IMG/VR virus record: IMGVR_UViG_3300024581_003596
Location: 1 to 31,748 of that record
DNA from: a virus
Length of the DNA: 31,748 bases
Direction: 5' to 3' (one strand)
Shown here piece after piece: positions 18,584 through 26,384 of the stretch. The notes beneath the pieces are model-generated. The model was not told where the DNA came from and did no database searches. It saw only the letters and a list, made by a program, of their open reading frames with translations. Every line of letters begins with the position of its first letter. Positions within the stretch are counted from its first letter, which is position 1. A program made the translations under genes and the position numbers.

Positions 18584-19014
18584 TAATTATTGTTTTCATT
18601 ATTATAAGCTTCATATACTTTCTTCATTTTTATAGCGATATCTCTTATACATGATTTACAATTAGTGTCTCCTTGTCTAGTGTTAAATACTCTATTATAG
18701 ATTTTGATCATTTCACGTTTGCCACTTGGTCTTACAGTTCCTTCTTGTTTAAAGAAATTATCTAACCATTTATATTCATTTTCTAATAGGCAATTAGTTT
18801 TTCTATATCGCCATATTTGATTTAATTTTTCTTTACGCTCTTCACAGCCACAATCTTCACCAGCTAACCATTTAACTGCTGCTTTAATTCCTGTAGCTTC
18901 AGTTATTTTTTCTATAGTATCGCCTAATCCTTCAGAAGGTTGTTGAGCTTTCCAATCTTTATATTCTTTAGTCCTTTTATCTAAAGACTCATAATATTCA
19001 TTATTGTTTTCCAT
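18583..19014 (-). CDS. Hypothetical protein (first late gene)
   Basis: 143-aa ORF containing GLGDTIEKIT..GIKAAVKWLAGEDCGCEERKEKLN. TAATG coupling to terS. Confidence 0.5.
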   Translation of the reverse strand: MENNNEYYESLDKRTKEYKDWKAQQPSEGLGDTIEKITEATGIKAAVKWLAGEDCGCEERKEKLNQIWRYRKTNCLLENEYKWLDNFFKQEGTVRPSGKREMIKIYNRVFNTRQGDTNCKSCIRDIAIKMKKVYEAYNNENNN

Positions 19015-19016
19015 GT

Positions 19017-19550
19017 TTATAATTTTTCGTAATCACCATTTATAAAATCTTCATAATCTTCAGCACAGTTTTTTCTTAATCTATCTTTACAATATTTTAT
19101 TGTTCTAAATACCGAAGCTGTTCCTATTCCTGTATTTTTTGAAGCTTCTCGCATGCTCCAATTATTTTCTCTATAATATTTAAATAGCATCTGATCATAC
19201 CAATGCCATGTTTCTATCTCTTTTTTTATTTTTCCTTCAAATTTATTACGGCCTTCATCCTTTGATATGTACTCAAACTCCACAGGGATGTGTTTAAGCT
19301 CATTTAGATCAACTTTCTTATGTTTTGAACGCTGTATACATAGATTTCTAAATATATTGCGTAAGGTGAAAAATATGTAAGCTTTATTTATTTTACCATC
19401 TGCCATGAAGATCTTATTTTTATCGCCGTATTTATCTAATCTTAAATACATCTCTTGTACTATATCTTCAGCGAATTCTGTTTCACCATAACTTCTTACT
19501 ATTCTTACAAAATCATTATGATATTTTGCTACATGTTCAAGCCAATGCAT
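19017..19550 (-). CDS. ECF-like sigma-70 family sigma factor (probable late-gene activator)
   Basis: 177-aa ORF. Region-2-like FAEDIVQEMYLRL and region-4 HTH-like SMREASKNTGIGTASVFRTIKYCKDRL. It sits at the early/late boundary. Confidence 0.65.
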   Translation of the reverse strand: MHWLEHVAKYHNDFVRIVRSYGETEFAEDIVQEMYLRLDKYGDKNKIFMADGKINKAYIFFTLRNIFRNLCIQRSKHKKVDLNELKHIPVEFEYISKDEGRNKFEGKIKKEIETWHWYDQMLFKYYRENNWSMREASKNTGIGTASVFRTIKYCKDRLRKNCAEDYEDFINGDYEKL

Positions 19551-19627
19551 CTGATTAGATTCTAAACAAATATAATGATTATTTTCTAATATTGTATAAA
19601 CGTAGTTTTTAACAAAAGGTTGCTAAT
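19551..19627 (-). promoter_or_regulatory. Promoter of the sigma-factor gene, with a Bacteroidota-type -7 box TATATTTG (19567-19574)
   Basis: The box lies 16 nt upstream of the ATG and directly downstream of terminator 19628-19654. Confidence 0.5.
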
Positions 19628-19654
19628 AAAAAAAAGCCTCCATTTCTGAAGGCT
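19628..19654 (-). terminator. Intrinsic terminator after the stand-alone gene 19678-19896
   Basis: Minus strand reads AGCCTTC-AGAAAT-GGAGGCT followed by TTTTTTTT. Confidence 0.75.
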
Positions 19655-19677
19655 CTCTTTTGTTTGTTTGTGTTAGT

Positions 19678-19896
19678 TTATTTTGTTTTCTTGGCTGCCT
19701 CAAATGCTTCCTGTTGAGTTTTAAATAATTTTGCTGAAACTACTGTCGCCTTGCCAAAGTCTTTATAGTTATAACTGTATGCATCACAGTCTACAAAATG
19801 AATTATATTAATATTTCTTAATACATAATCATTTACTACTGTCGTATTAAATACTCTTGTTACGTTTTCGATTGTTTTTTGGGTTAAATTTTTCAT
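19678..19896 (-). CDS. Small stand-alone hypothetical protein, 72 aa
   Basis: The ORF has its own cassette-B promoter and its own terminator. Confidence 0.65.
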   Translation of the reverse strand: MKNLTQKTIENVTRVFNTTVVNDYVLRNINIIHFVDCDAYSYNYKDFGKATVVSAKLFKTQQEAFEAAKKTK

Positions 19897-19965
19897 TGTG
19901 TTTTTTTAAGTGTTTTATTAATTTGTATATACAAATATAACTATAATAATTAAACCAGAAAAGTT
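19897..19965 (-). promoter_or_regulatory. Promoter/leader cassette B: -7 box TATATTTG (19932-19939) fused to the 14-bp perfect palindrome TTTGTATATACAAA, then leader AAAACACTTAAAAAAACACA-ATG
   Basis: Read directly. It shares its core with cassettes A, C and D. Confidence 0.6.
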
Positions 19966-19970
19966 TTTTT

Positions 19971-20006
19971 AAAAAAATAAAAAAAGCCATCCGTTAGAAT
20001 GGCTTT
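19971..20006 (-). terminator. Intrinsic terminator after gene 20026-20313
   Basis: Minus strand reads AAAGCCAT-TCTAACGG-ATGGCTTT followed by a T-rich tract. Confidence 0.75.
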
Positions 20007-20025
20007 CATGATAATTAATTATTAC

Positions 20026-20313
20026 TTAAAAAGGTAGATCATCATTGCTATCTGCAATGTCATTATGTGTTGACTGAATTTTATCCTCAACAAAATTTTG
20101 CTCAATGCCATCACGCTTTGGCTGTTCTTTCTTAGGTTGTGGATCTTGAAAGTTTAAGCTTAGATATTCAATACCAGTTTGTGAAGTGTTTTTCCAGGCT
20201 GAAATTTGTGTTTCCTTACCTCTTATGTTAGCAGTACCTGTATAATCTGGCTGCTTCTCATGTTCTTTCTTGCGGTTAACAAATAATGCTCCGCGGTTGT
20301 TTTTGTTTTCCAT
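20026..20313 (-). CDS. DUF736-like protein with SSB-type acidic C-terminal tip (putative non-canonical ssDNA-binding / SSB-interactome protein)
   Basis: 95-aa ORF. The segment KQPDYTGTANIRGKETQISAWKNTSQTGIEYLSLNFQDP matches my recollection of the DUF736 core (aPdyr...iGaaWkk.s..G..YLSvklDDP). The C-terminus is SNDDLPF (compare E. coli SSB DDDIPF). Confidence 0.5.
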   Translation of the reverse strand: MENKNNRGALFVNRKKEHEKQPDYTGTANIRGKETQISAWKNTSQTGIEYLSLNFQDPQPKKEQPKRDGIEQNFVEDKIQSTHNDIADSNDDLPF

Positions 20314-20318
20314 AACGA

Positions 20319-20447
20319 TTAATTTACTTTATTTAAAATATATGCACTTATTGTTTTTTGGCTTTGCTGTGCTTTTTCTTTGATCTTCTTTTTTTGATCT
20401 TCTGTTACACGTATAATTATTATTTCTGTTTTACGACTCTTTAACAT
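20319..20447 (-). CDS. Small ribbon-helix-helix (CopG/MobC-like) DNA-binding protein, 42 aa (not in the ORF track)
   Basis: My own translation: MLKSRKTEIIIIRVTEDQKKKIKEKAQQSQKTISAYILNKVN. It shows a beta-strand followed by two helices, as in RHH proteins. It overlaps the exonuclease 3' end by 17 nt and stops 5 nt before the next ATG. Confidence 0.45.
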   Translation of the reverse strand: MLKSRKTEIIIIRVTEDQKKKIKEKAQQSQKTISAYILNKVN

Positions 20448-21132
20448 GATTTTCAAATTTAGTTATTAGTGATTCATAATACTCTCTAGCATGTTCTATT
20501 TTCTCATAAGCTTTCTGTATATCTTCTTTATTATAAAATACTTCAAACTTTTTTACTCTATGCATGTCATTAAGATCATCAAAAATATGATTATGCTCTA
20601 CATGATTTCTGATCTCTTCATCTTCATCTATTTTTCTTTCATTCCAGACAGCTCTTCTTACTTCATCCTCTATAATATCTTGAGGAGTATTAGGTAAACA
20701 GTATATTAAGTAGGATTTCTTACGTCTAAATAAAGCCATATAACCCTGCATCTGCCAATAGTATTTCTTATTTTGCAATTCATCTTCTAGTAGATGCTCT
20801 GCATGTGTAAACACATCCCATGAAGATTTAACATCTAAAAGCACTTTATCAGTAATAACATCAGGTGTACCTGTTAAATAATCATTTTCTCTTTGCTCTT
20901 CATTTTTATAAAGAAAATTCCACTTGCTAGTATCTTGTACTAGATCTATAGATTCACGCTCTTGATCTATTCCTTTAGTTAAATATCTAGATGTAATTTC
21001 TTTTTTACGACCAAAATAATTCTCTATAGCTAGTTGCTTAATATAAGTTTTTGCAGTTTTAGATAGTACCTCAGATTTTGACCTAGCTGGAGTCATTATT
21101 AATCCAAGAGCACTGCATCGAATCTTCAACAT
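20431..21132 (-). CDS. YqaJ/lambda-Exo-like PD-(D/E)XK recombination exonuclease
   Basis: 233-aa ORF. N-terminus IRCSALGLIMT, then TKGIDQERESI, then GTPDVITDKVLLDVKSS (D...D-x-K). Adjacent to an annealase gene. Confidence 0.6.
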   Translation of the reverse strand: MLKIRCSALGLIMTPARSKSEVLSKTAKTYIKQLAIENYFGRKKEITSRYLTKGIDQERESIDLVQDTSKWNFLYKNEEQRENDYLTGTPDVITDKVLLDVKSSWDVFTHAEHLLEDELQNKKYYWQMQGYMALFRRKKSYLIYCLPNTPQDIIEDEVRRAVWNERKIDEDEEIRNHVEHNHIFDDLNDMHRVKKFEVFYNKEDIQKAYEKIEHAREYYESLITKFENHVKES

Positions 21133-21629
21133 ATCTCAAGTATTTTTTTCTGGTTAGCAGTTAAGGCATAATTCTCTGCGAAATATTCCTTCTTATATTG
21201 TCCTTTATTGATCATTTCAGAAGCTTTTTTAACTTCATCCATAGTAAGCTTTTTCTTTGGCTTAGATTTAACATTAGCAGCTTCAGATTTTTTACTATTA
21301 TCAATAGCATTTTTAACTTCTTCATAGCTAGCTATAGATGTCTCTATACCAATGCCTAAATTACCTAAAGCTCTACCCCATGCAGATGTCTCACAGTTTT
21401 CAACATAGCTTGTCTTATTAATAAATGTACTGCCTTTGATCTCTTCTGCAAGACCAGTAGCTATGATCTTACTTTCTGCATCTTTAATTATTGCTTTGAT
21501 CATGATAGAGCTATCTGTTTTTTCTAATACCTCTGATTCTAAACTATATCCTTTATAGTTCTCTCTAAAATGCTTGAGTCTTTCATTTACTTCAATATAC
21601 TCTTTGCCTTTGATATTGATCTTTTTCAT
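21126..21629 (-). CDS. Single-strand annealing protein, Rad52/Sak-like
   Basis: 167-aa ORF. YIEVNERLKHFRENY and VENCETSAWGRALGNLGIGIETSIAS parallel the Sak/Rad52 motifs (Y.t.RLnevFG and TDA..K....LGIG). Confidence 0.55.
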   Translation of the reverse strand: MKKINIKGKEYIEVNERLKHFRENYKGYSLESEVLEKTDSSIMIKAIIKDAESKIIATGLAEEIKGSTFINKTSYVENCETSAWGRALGNLGIGIETSIASYEEVKNAIDNSKKSEAANVKSKPKKKLTMDEVKKASEMINKGQYKKEYFAENYALTANQKKILEIC

Positions 21630-21648
21630 AACGATTATATTTATTTGA

Positions 21649-21867
21649 TTATTTTACTTCTATTGTGTTAGTTATTCCTCCACGTAATAAAAATTTTACT
21701 TTAACTTTAACTTTTTTGTTATTATCTAGATTTATTCCTGAAAATATTCTTCCACCAGCTCTCCATGGCTCTATAAAATCAACTTTAATATTTACGTATT
21801 TTGTTAATCTTGATGTAGGTATTAAGATAATATCTCCTACTTTAACTTCTGTAATATTCTTTTCCAT
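21649..21867 (-). CDS. Small hypothetical protein, 72 aa, beta-rich (VKVGDIILIP)
   Basis: The ORF lies directly behind promoter/leader cassette C. Confidence 0.6.
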   Translation of the reverse strand: MEKNITEVKVGDIILIPTSRLTKYVNIKVDFIEPWRAGGRIFSGINLDNNKKVKVKVKFLLRGGITNTIEVK

Positions 21868-21933
21868 TTTTTAAGTGTTTATTAATTAATTATGATGCTA
21901 ATCTACTAAAAACGTATATACAAAAAAAGTTTT
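21868..21933 (-). promoter_or_regulatory. Promoter/leader cassette C: CGTATATACA (21913-21922), TAGATTAG box (21898-21905), leader TAATTAATTAATAAACACTTAAAAA-ATG
   Basis: Read directly. Cassettes C and A share the 24-nt string GTATATACAAAAAAAGTTTT on the plus strand. Confidence 0.55.
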
Positions 21934-22449
21934 TTACAAGTTTTTTTTCTTTTTTTTATAAATTTCTATGATCTCTTTTAGATCTTCTCTTGTATACTTT
22001 CTGATTTTATGAGCTTCTTCATGCAGCTTTATTAATTCATCTGCACCTATTCTTTTTTGTATACCGATTTGATAATTTAAAAGGTTACCATGCAGATCTC
22101 TATTGCACCTTACACATTGCCCATGAACATTATTTTCATTAAAAGTAGTATTTTTATGAGTAGAGCTAAAATAATGACCTGCATCATATTTTGATCCTAA
22201 TGGTTTATTACAGCTTACGCATCCTTTACCTTTATCTCTTGCTCTTATAAAAGCATTAAAATATCTCTGCGCTTTCTTAGTAAGGCTTTGAACAGTTTCT
22301 AATTCAGCTTTCAAACGTTTTTTTTCTTTTTTCCAATTATCTTCTTTTGCTTTATTATACCATATTTTTGCACACTGTTCTTTAAAACAATATTTTTGAT
22401 TAAAATGTACTGCTTCAAATTTTTCTTTACAATGTTTACAGCGCGGCAT
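21934..22449 (-). CDS. NinG/Rap-like recombination endonuclease
   Basis: 171-aa ORF with Cys clusters: CKHCKEKF...YCFKEQC, then FIRARDKGKGCVSCNKPL...DAGHYFS...NVHGQCVRCN. This matches the NinG pattern as I recall it. Confidence 0.55.
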   Translation of the reverse strand: MPRCKHCKEKFEAVHFNQKYCFKEQCAKIWYNKAKEDNWKKEKKRLKAELETVQSLTKKAQRYFNAFIRARDKGKGCVSCNKPLGSKYDAGHYFSSTHKNTTFNENNVHGQCVRCNRDLHGNLLNYQIGIQKRIGADELIKLHEEAHKIRKYTREDLKEIIEIYKKKKKNL

Positions 22450-22742
22450 TATAAATCTTCTTTCTTTATTTTAAGCTGTAGTTGAAGCTCTTTTATTTTA
22501 AATTTCAGATCTGATATATTAGTTTGATGCCTAAAATTAATCTTACATTCCATTCTATATTCATGCTCAAGTTCTAAAAATATATTATTAAATTCTTCCA
22601 CATCTTTTAAGCTTTCAGTCATGCTATTTATCAGATCATGTCTATGTGGATTATTTTTTTTTAGATCTTTAATACTATTTTTAAATTTTAGTATTGTAGT
22701 ATTCATATTTACTTTTGCTATAAATATATCTAAACTATTCAT
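22449..22742 (-). CDS. Hypothetical coiled-coil protein
   Basis: 97-aa ORF coupled on both sides. Confidence 0.55.
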   Translation of the reverse strand: MNSLDIFIAKVNMNTTILKFKNSIKDLKKNNPHRHDLINSMTESLKDVEEFNNIFLELEHEYRMECKINFRHQTNISDLKFKIKELQLQLKIKKEDL

Positions 22743-23602
22743 TGTCTTAATTTTCTTAATGGATCTACTTCATATAATTTAAACCCTAAGCCATTGTTAA
22801 AGTCGCAAAAAATATAATCATCTAAAAGTGTTTGCTTACCTCCTGAGCTTACATCTTTAATTTTATCAACTGATATTAAAGTTACATATTTCATTGAATC
22901 ATGTTTAACTAGTCTATGTATTGTTAAAAATGAATCTGTTCTATTCAGCCAAGATTTACCACCTTCTACATGTGCTGCCATAGGAGGTTTAAGATGGCCT
23001 TCCCACATATGGCCTTTTGGAAATATATTTCCTGTTCTTCCACTTTCAGATGTAGGATGAGTATTTACATAAACACTTTTTTTTGTTTCATTTACATACT
23101 GCCTTATCATATTTAGAAATTCATAATTTGCTTCATATCCAAATTTACGATTTAAAGCTGTAAATGGATCTATTAAAAAGGCATCTGCTGAAGACTTATT
23201 AAATTCTTCTATTAATTTTTCAGGAGTATATAATTTTGAATTATCTATAAAATCAAAATACTGTTCAATATAAGCTGCATATGACATGATTTCTTGATCA
23301 TTTAATTCATTAAATTTTCTGCCTGCATACATTTGTATTAGATCTCTCATAATTTGGCCATATTGATTTTCGGCTGCATATATGCAAAATTTAAGATCAT
23401 GCTTTAATGCTACTGTCAAAAAATACCAAAATATCCAATAGCTTTTTCCTACATTATCATGCCCGCAAATAATTGTTAATTCACCAGGTTTAAATACATA
23501 ATAATCATCTAGCATACAATCAATTCCTAGGCCTTGTTTTATTCTACCATGTTTGTAATCTAGTAAGTATTTAGTATGAATTCCCTTATTTAACATATCC
23601 AT
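22739..23602 (-). CDS. DnaB-C-terminal/RecA-fold P-loop ATPase (replicative helicase or helicase-loader-like)
   Basis: 287-aa ORF. Walker [10 protein letters not shown], Walker B-like AFLIDPF. It follows the replisome-organiser gene. Confidence 0.55.
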   Translation of the reverse strand: MDMLNKGIHTKYLLDYKHGRIKQGLGIDCMLDDYYVFKPGELTIICGHDNVGKSYWIFWYFLTVALKHDLKFCIYAAENQYGQIMRDLIQMYAGRKFNELNDQEIMSYAAYIEQYFDFIDNSKLYTPEKLIEEFNKSSADAFLIDPFTALNRKFGYEANYEFLNMIRQYVNETKKSVYVNTHPTSESGRTGNIFPKGHMWEGHLKPPMAAHVEGGKSWLNRTDSFLTIHRLVKHDSMKYVTLISVDKIKDVSSGGKQTLLDDYIFCDFNNGLGFKLYEVDPLRKLRQ

Positions 23603-24200
23603 ATTTTTTTGCTTGTTTAACTAATTTATCTTCTTCTTCTTTAGGAATTCTTTTAAGCCAATTTTTAGCTGTTAAATATAAAGACTTATAATTCTTATTA
23701 GATTTATAATTTTCTATAGAATCTAAGATCTCATCAATTTGTTGTTTAGAATATTCTTCTAGAAGCTTATTATATTGATCATGAGATATAGACAAATGAG
23801 CAAATTTCCTATATATATCTTCATTCTTTATATTCTTGTTACTGGTCACTTGTTGGTCACTTGTTGGTCTATCGTCGGTCTTTTTATTGGTCTCTATTTG
23901 ATACTTATTATAGTTAACTACTTGTATTTCAGTGCCTTGCCTACTAGATTTTACTGTCAGTTCATTGGTCAGTTTTAACCTATTTAGTGATGTTCTCACT
24001 TGTCGCTCACTTAATCCAAGCTCTCTACTTAATAATTCTCTACTGGTTAAAAATGTTCCTCTTTTTATGATCTTACCTCTATAGCTTTTATCTTTATGAT
24101 TAGCTTTTAATAAGCAGTGTAAGAATAAATGAACTGTTTCAGATTTATCGTACCATTCCCATTCTAAGAATTTACGATGTAATTTTACCCACCCTTCCAT
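23586..24200 (-). CDS. Replisome organiser / replication initiator (winged-helix N-domain)
   Basis: 204-aa ORF. The N-terminus ([15 protein letters not shown] ... [26 protein letters not shown]) is typical of phage replisome-organiser N-domains. An iteron array lies in its linker. Confidence 0.6.
   Translation of the reverse strand: MEGWVKLHRKFLEWEWYDKSETVHLFLHCLLKANHKDKSYRGKIIKRGTFLTSRELLSRELGLSERQVRTSLNRLKLTNELTVKSSRQGTEIQVVNYNKYQIETNKKTDDRPTSDQQVTSNKNIKNEDIYRKFAHLSISHDQYNKLLEEYSKQQIDEILDSIENYKSNKNYKSLYLTAKNWLKRIPKEEEDKLVKQAKKYGYVK
23844..23900. repeat. Iteron-like array (candidate replication origin) inside the initiator gene
   Basis: Five direct repeats on the plus strand, phased at 11-12 bp: GGTCACTTGTT, GGTCACTTGTT, GGTCTATCGTC, GGTCTTTTTATT, GGTCTCTATTTG. 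AT-rich DNA follows. Confidence 0.55.
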
Positions 24201-24203
24201 ATA

Positions 24204-24626
24204 TTAAAATAATTTTTGCTGTAATAAATCTTTAGCATATACAAAGCATGATTTTTCTTCTTTCCAACTTTGCTTTGCTAAATTAAGAATTTGTTCCTTA
24301 ACATAAATACTTTCAATATAAGCAACTTTATCATGTATCTGTATAAAAACATAATAGTCAGCTTTTAAATGCTCATTAAGATCATCTAAATAGCAATTAA
24401 ATGTAAATGTTCTTGCTCTTGTTGCTTTAACTTGATAAGTATATCCTTTTTCATCTGCATAATCAATACCTTGAAAATCTCGATCTGCTTTTTGTTTATG
24501 TAAATGCTCAGCAAAATATGTTCTTTTAAACCATATTTCAAAAAGCTTTTCACCGATTACTCCTGTATTTAAATTAGAATTTAAACAAATTTGAGGTATT
24601 TCTATTTTTGCTAAATATGTTCTCAT
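24204..24626 (-). CDS. PD-(D/E)XK-like putative nuclease
   Basis: 140-aa ORF. GVIGEKLFEIW ... DFQGIDYADEKGYTYQVKAT fits an E...D...(E/Q)xK arrangement. This is a weak motif-only call. Confidence 0.35.
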   Translation of the reverse strand: MRTYLAKIEIPQICLNSNLNTGVIGEKLFEIWFKRTYFAEHLHKQKADRDFQGIDYADEKGYTYQVKATRARTFTFNCYLDDLNEHLKADYYVFIQIHDKVAYIESIYVKEQILNLAKQSWKEEKSCFVYAKDLLQQKLF

Positions 24627-24958
24627 TTTTCTTCTTTTATAAATGTTCCATTAACCATCTTTCCTTTTCTTTTATTGATTACCATATAAGCTGTATTTAT
24701 AGCGTATTCAATTGTAATGCGACTAACAGCCCCACCATTAAAATGCTTATCTGCTAGCTCTGCAATTGACGTTAAAACAACAGCACAATCTCCTATAGCA
24801 TCTATTATTTCAAATTCATCATTATTTAAGACTGCTTTGGATAATTCTCCAGCTTCTTCATGCAGTTTTAAAACCTGTGTTTTAAGATCTCCTTTTTCAT
24901 AGATTCCTTTTTCTTTTGCCCACTTTCTTATAGGCTCAAATTCATTATTTAAATTCAT
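24623..24958 (-). CDS. MazG-like all-alpha nucleoside-triphosphate pyrophosphohydrolase
   Basis: 111-aa ORF. KLHEEAGELSKAV and EIIDAIGDCAVVL match the EExxE...DxxGD metal-binding helices of MazG-like enzymes. Confidence 0.7.
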   Translation of the reverse strand: MNLNNEFEPIRKWAKEKGIYEKGDLKTQVLKLHEEAGELSKAVLNNDEFEIIDAIGDCAVVLTSIAELADKHFNGGAVSRITIEYAINTAYMVINKRKGKMVNGTFIKEEK

Positions 24959-25596
24959 TGTTTTTTATTTATAAAGTTATTATATAAGTGAATATTATTT
25001 GCGAAATGATAATACTGTCCTGGTTGAATATTTAGTTCATTAGAGATCATCTTTAATAGCTTACTAAAAAAATATTGATCATTACAAAAACCAAACCATA
25101 AATCATTAGATCTCATCATTACATTCATGTTAAGCTTATCTTCTAAAATATAGAAATGTATTGCATATGTGCAAGGAGTATCATTTTCAAAATTCCACCT
25201 GTTTTTTGCATCATATATACTTATGGCCGCTCTTCTTGTATATGGATTTTTTCTTAATTCTTCAATAACATATCCTATTTGATCATTTTGTTTCCAATGC
25301 CATCCATAATTACTATTGACTTCACCATTTTCATCCATACATTTTTTCCAAATTTTAGCTTTTTTTGATATTTCTATTCCTGATCGATCACCTGATAAAT
25401 ACCACTGCCATTCAAAATCAGCATATTTTATATTCCAATTTCTCCATGACGTTCTAATTAAATTATCAAGTGGATTTTTTATAGTAAAACCAACATTAAA
25501 TAATGCCATAGTTCCATTATAATCATAACCATTATTGCTGATATTTTCATATAGATAAATAAAAGCTTGATCTGCGTTTTTAAAATAAAGATCCAT
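24955..25596 (-). CDS. Thymidylate-synthase-fold deoxypyrimidylate C5-modifying enzyme, dCMP-hydroxymethylase-like
   Basis: 213-aa ORF. Motifs seen: FEWQWYLSG, NSNYGWHW, TRRAAISIYD, catalytic Cys in TPCTYAIHFY, MRSNDLWFGFCNDQYF, NNIHLY. The residue equivalent to ThyA Asn177 / T4 gp42 Asp179 aligns to Asp. Confidence 0.65.
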   Translation of the reverse strand: MDLYFKNADQAFIYLYENISNNGYDYNGTMALFNVGFTIKNPLDNLIRTSWRNWNIKYADFEWQWYLSGDRSGIEISKKAKIWKKCMDENGEVNSNYGWHWKQNDQIGYVIEELRKNPYTRRAAISIYDAKNRWNFENDTPCTYAIHFYILEDKLNMNVMMRSNDLWFGFCNDQYFFSKLLKMISNELNIQPGQYYHFANNIHLYNNFINKKQ

Positions 25597-26383
25597 TGTT
25601 TTTCTTTTTAAGTTTCCATAATGTGTTTCTTGACTGCTCTGGAAAAAATGGCGCCATTAAATTAGCTACTAAACATGGCATATGATATTTCTTTAATTCA
25701 TCAAACATGTTTTTTTGCCATTCATTCATAAATGGTTTATAGTCTCTTACTGAAGCAAATGTTCCAAAAGTATCTACAATTACAGCATGCTTAGAAAAAA
25801 GCTCTTTTAATTCATTATAGCTAAATTCTTGAATTGCTATGCCTCTACCATCTCCTGAATCATATGTATGATTATTGGCAGCTCCAACTTTTTCATCATA
25901 ATTAGGTGTTGATATATAGAATAAAGCATCTGGTTTTCCACAGTCTAAAAAGTTTTTCATAAACTTATCAGCATTCTGCTTTCCTACATGTTCTAAAACT
26001 TCAAATGAAACTACTCTATCTGCTTTAATAGATTTAAAATCTGTATTATTTTGAGGATTTACAAGATCTTCTACTATAAACTTTGCCCAATCTAATTCTT
26101 TAAGCTTTTCTTTAAATTTATCTCTAATATCTATTCCTATATAATTAGTTACTTCATCTTTGTTTTTTCTAAATAAGCAATTTCTATAAATTACTTCTAA
26201 TAAGTTACCACTGCCACAACCAAAATCGCATACAGTTTCACCCTTTTTTAATTCTTTTATAATATGACTCCATCTCAAATAATGAGCAAATTGATCTCTA
26301 TGAAAAACATGTCTTTCAAATGATCTTTCTGGATTAAGATCGGTCGTGTTATAATTTTTCTTGTCTAATTTTTGTCTATTCAT
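25580..26383 (-). CDS. Class I SAM-dependent methyltransferase, small-molecule (UbiG/Methyltransf_23-like) type
   Basis: 267-aa ORF. Motif I VCDFGCGSGNLLE, then YIGIDIRD, VVSFEVLEHV and FYISTPNYD. No DPPY/NPPY or PC...ENV DNA-methyltransferase motifs seen. Confidence 0.65.
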   Translation of the reverse strand: MNRQKLDKKNYNTTDLNPERSFERHVFHRDQFAHYLRWSHIIKELKKGETVCDFGCGSGNLLEVIYRNCLFRKNKDEVTNYIGIDIRDKFKEKLKELDWAKFIVEDLVNPQNNTDFKSIKADRVVSFEVLEHVGKQNADKFMKNFLDCGKPDALFYISTPNYDEKVGAANNHTYDSGDGRGIAIQEFSYNELKELFSKHAVIVDTFGTFASVRDYKPFMNEWQKNMFDELKKYHMPCLVANLMAPFFPEQSRNTLWKLKKKNNGSLF

Positions 26384-26384
26384 T

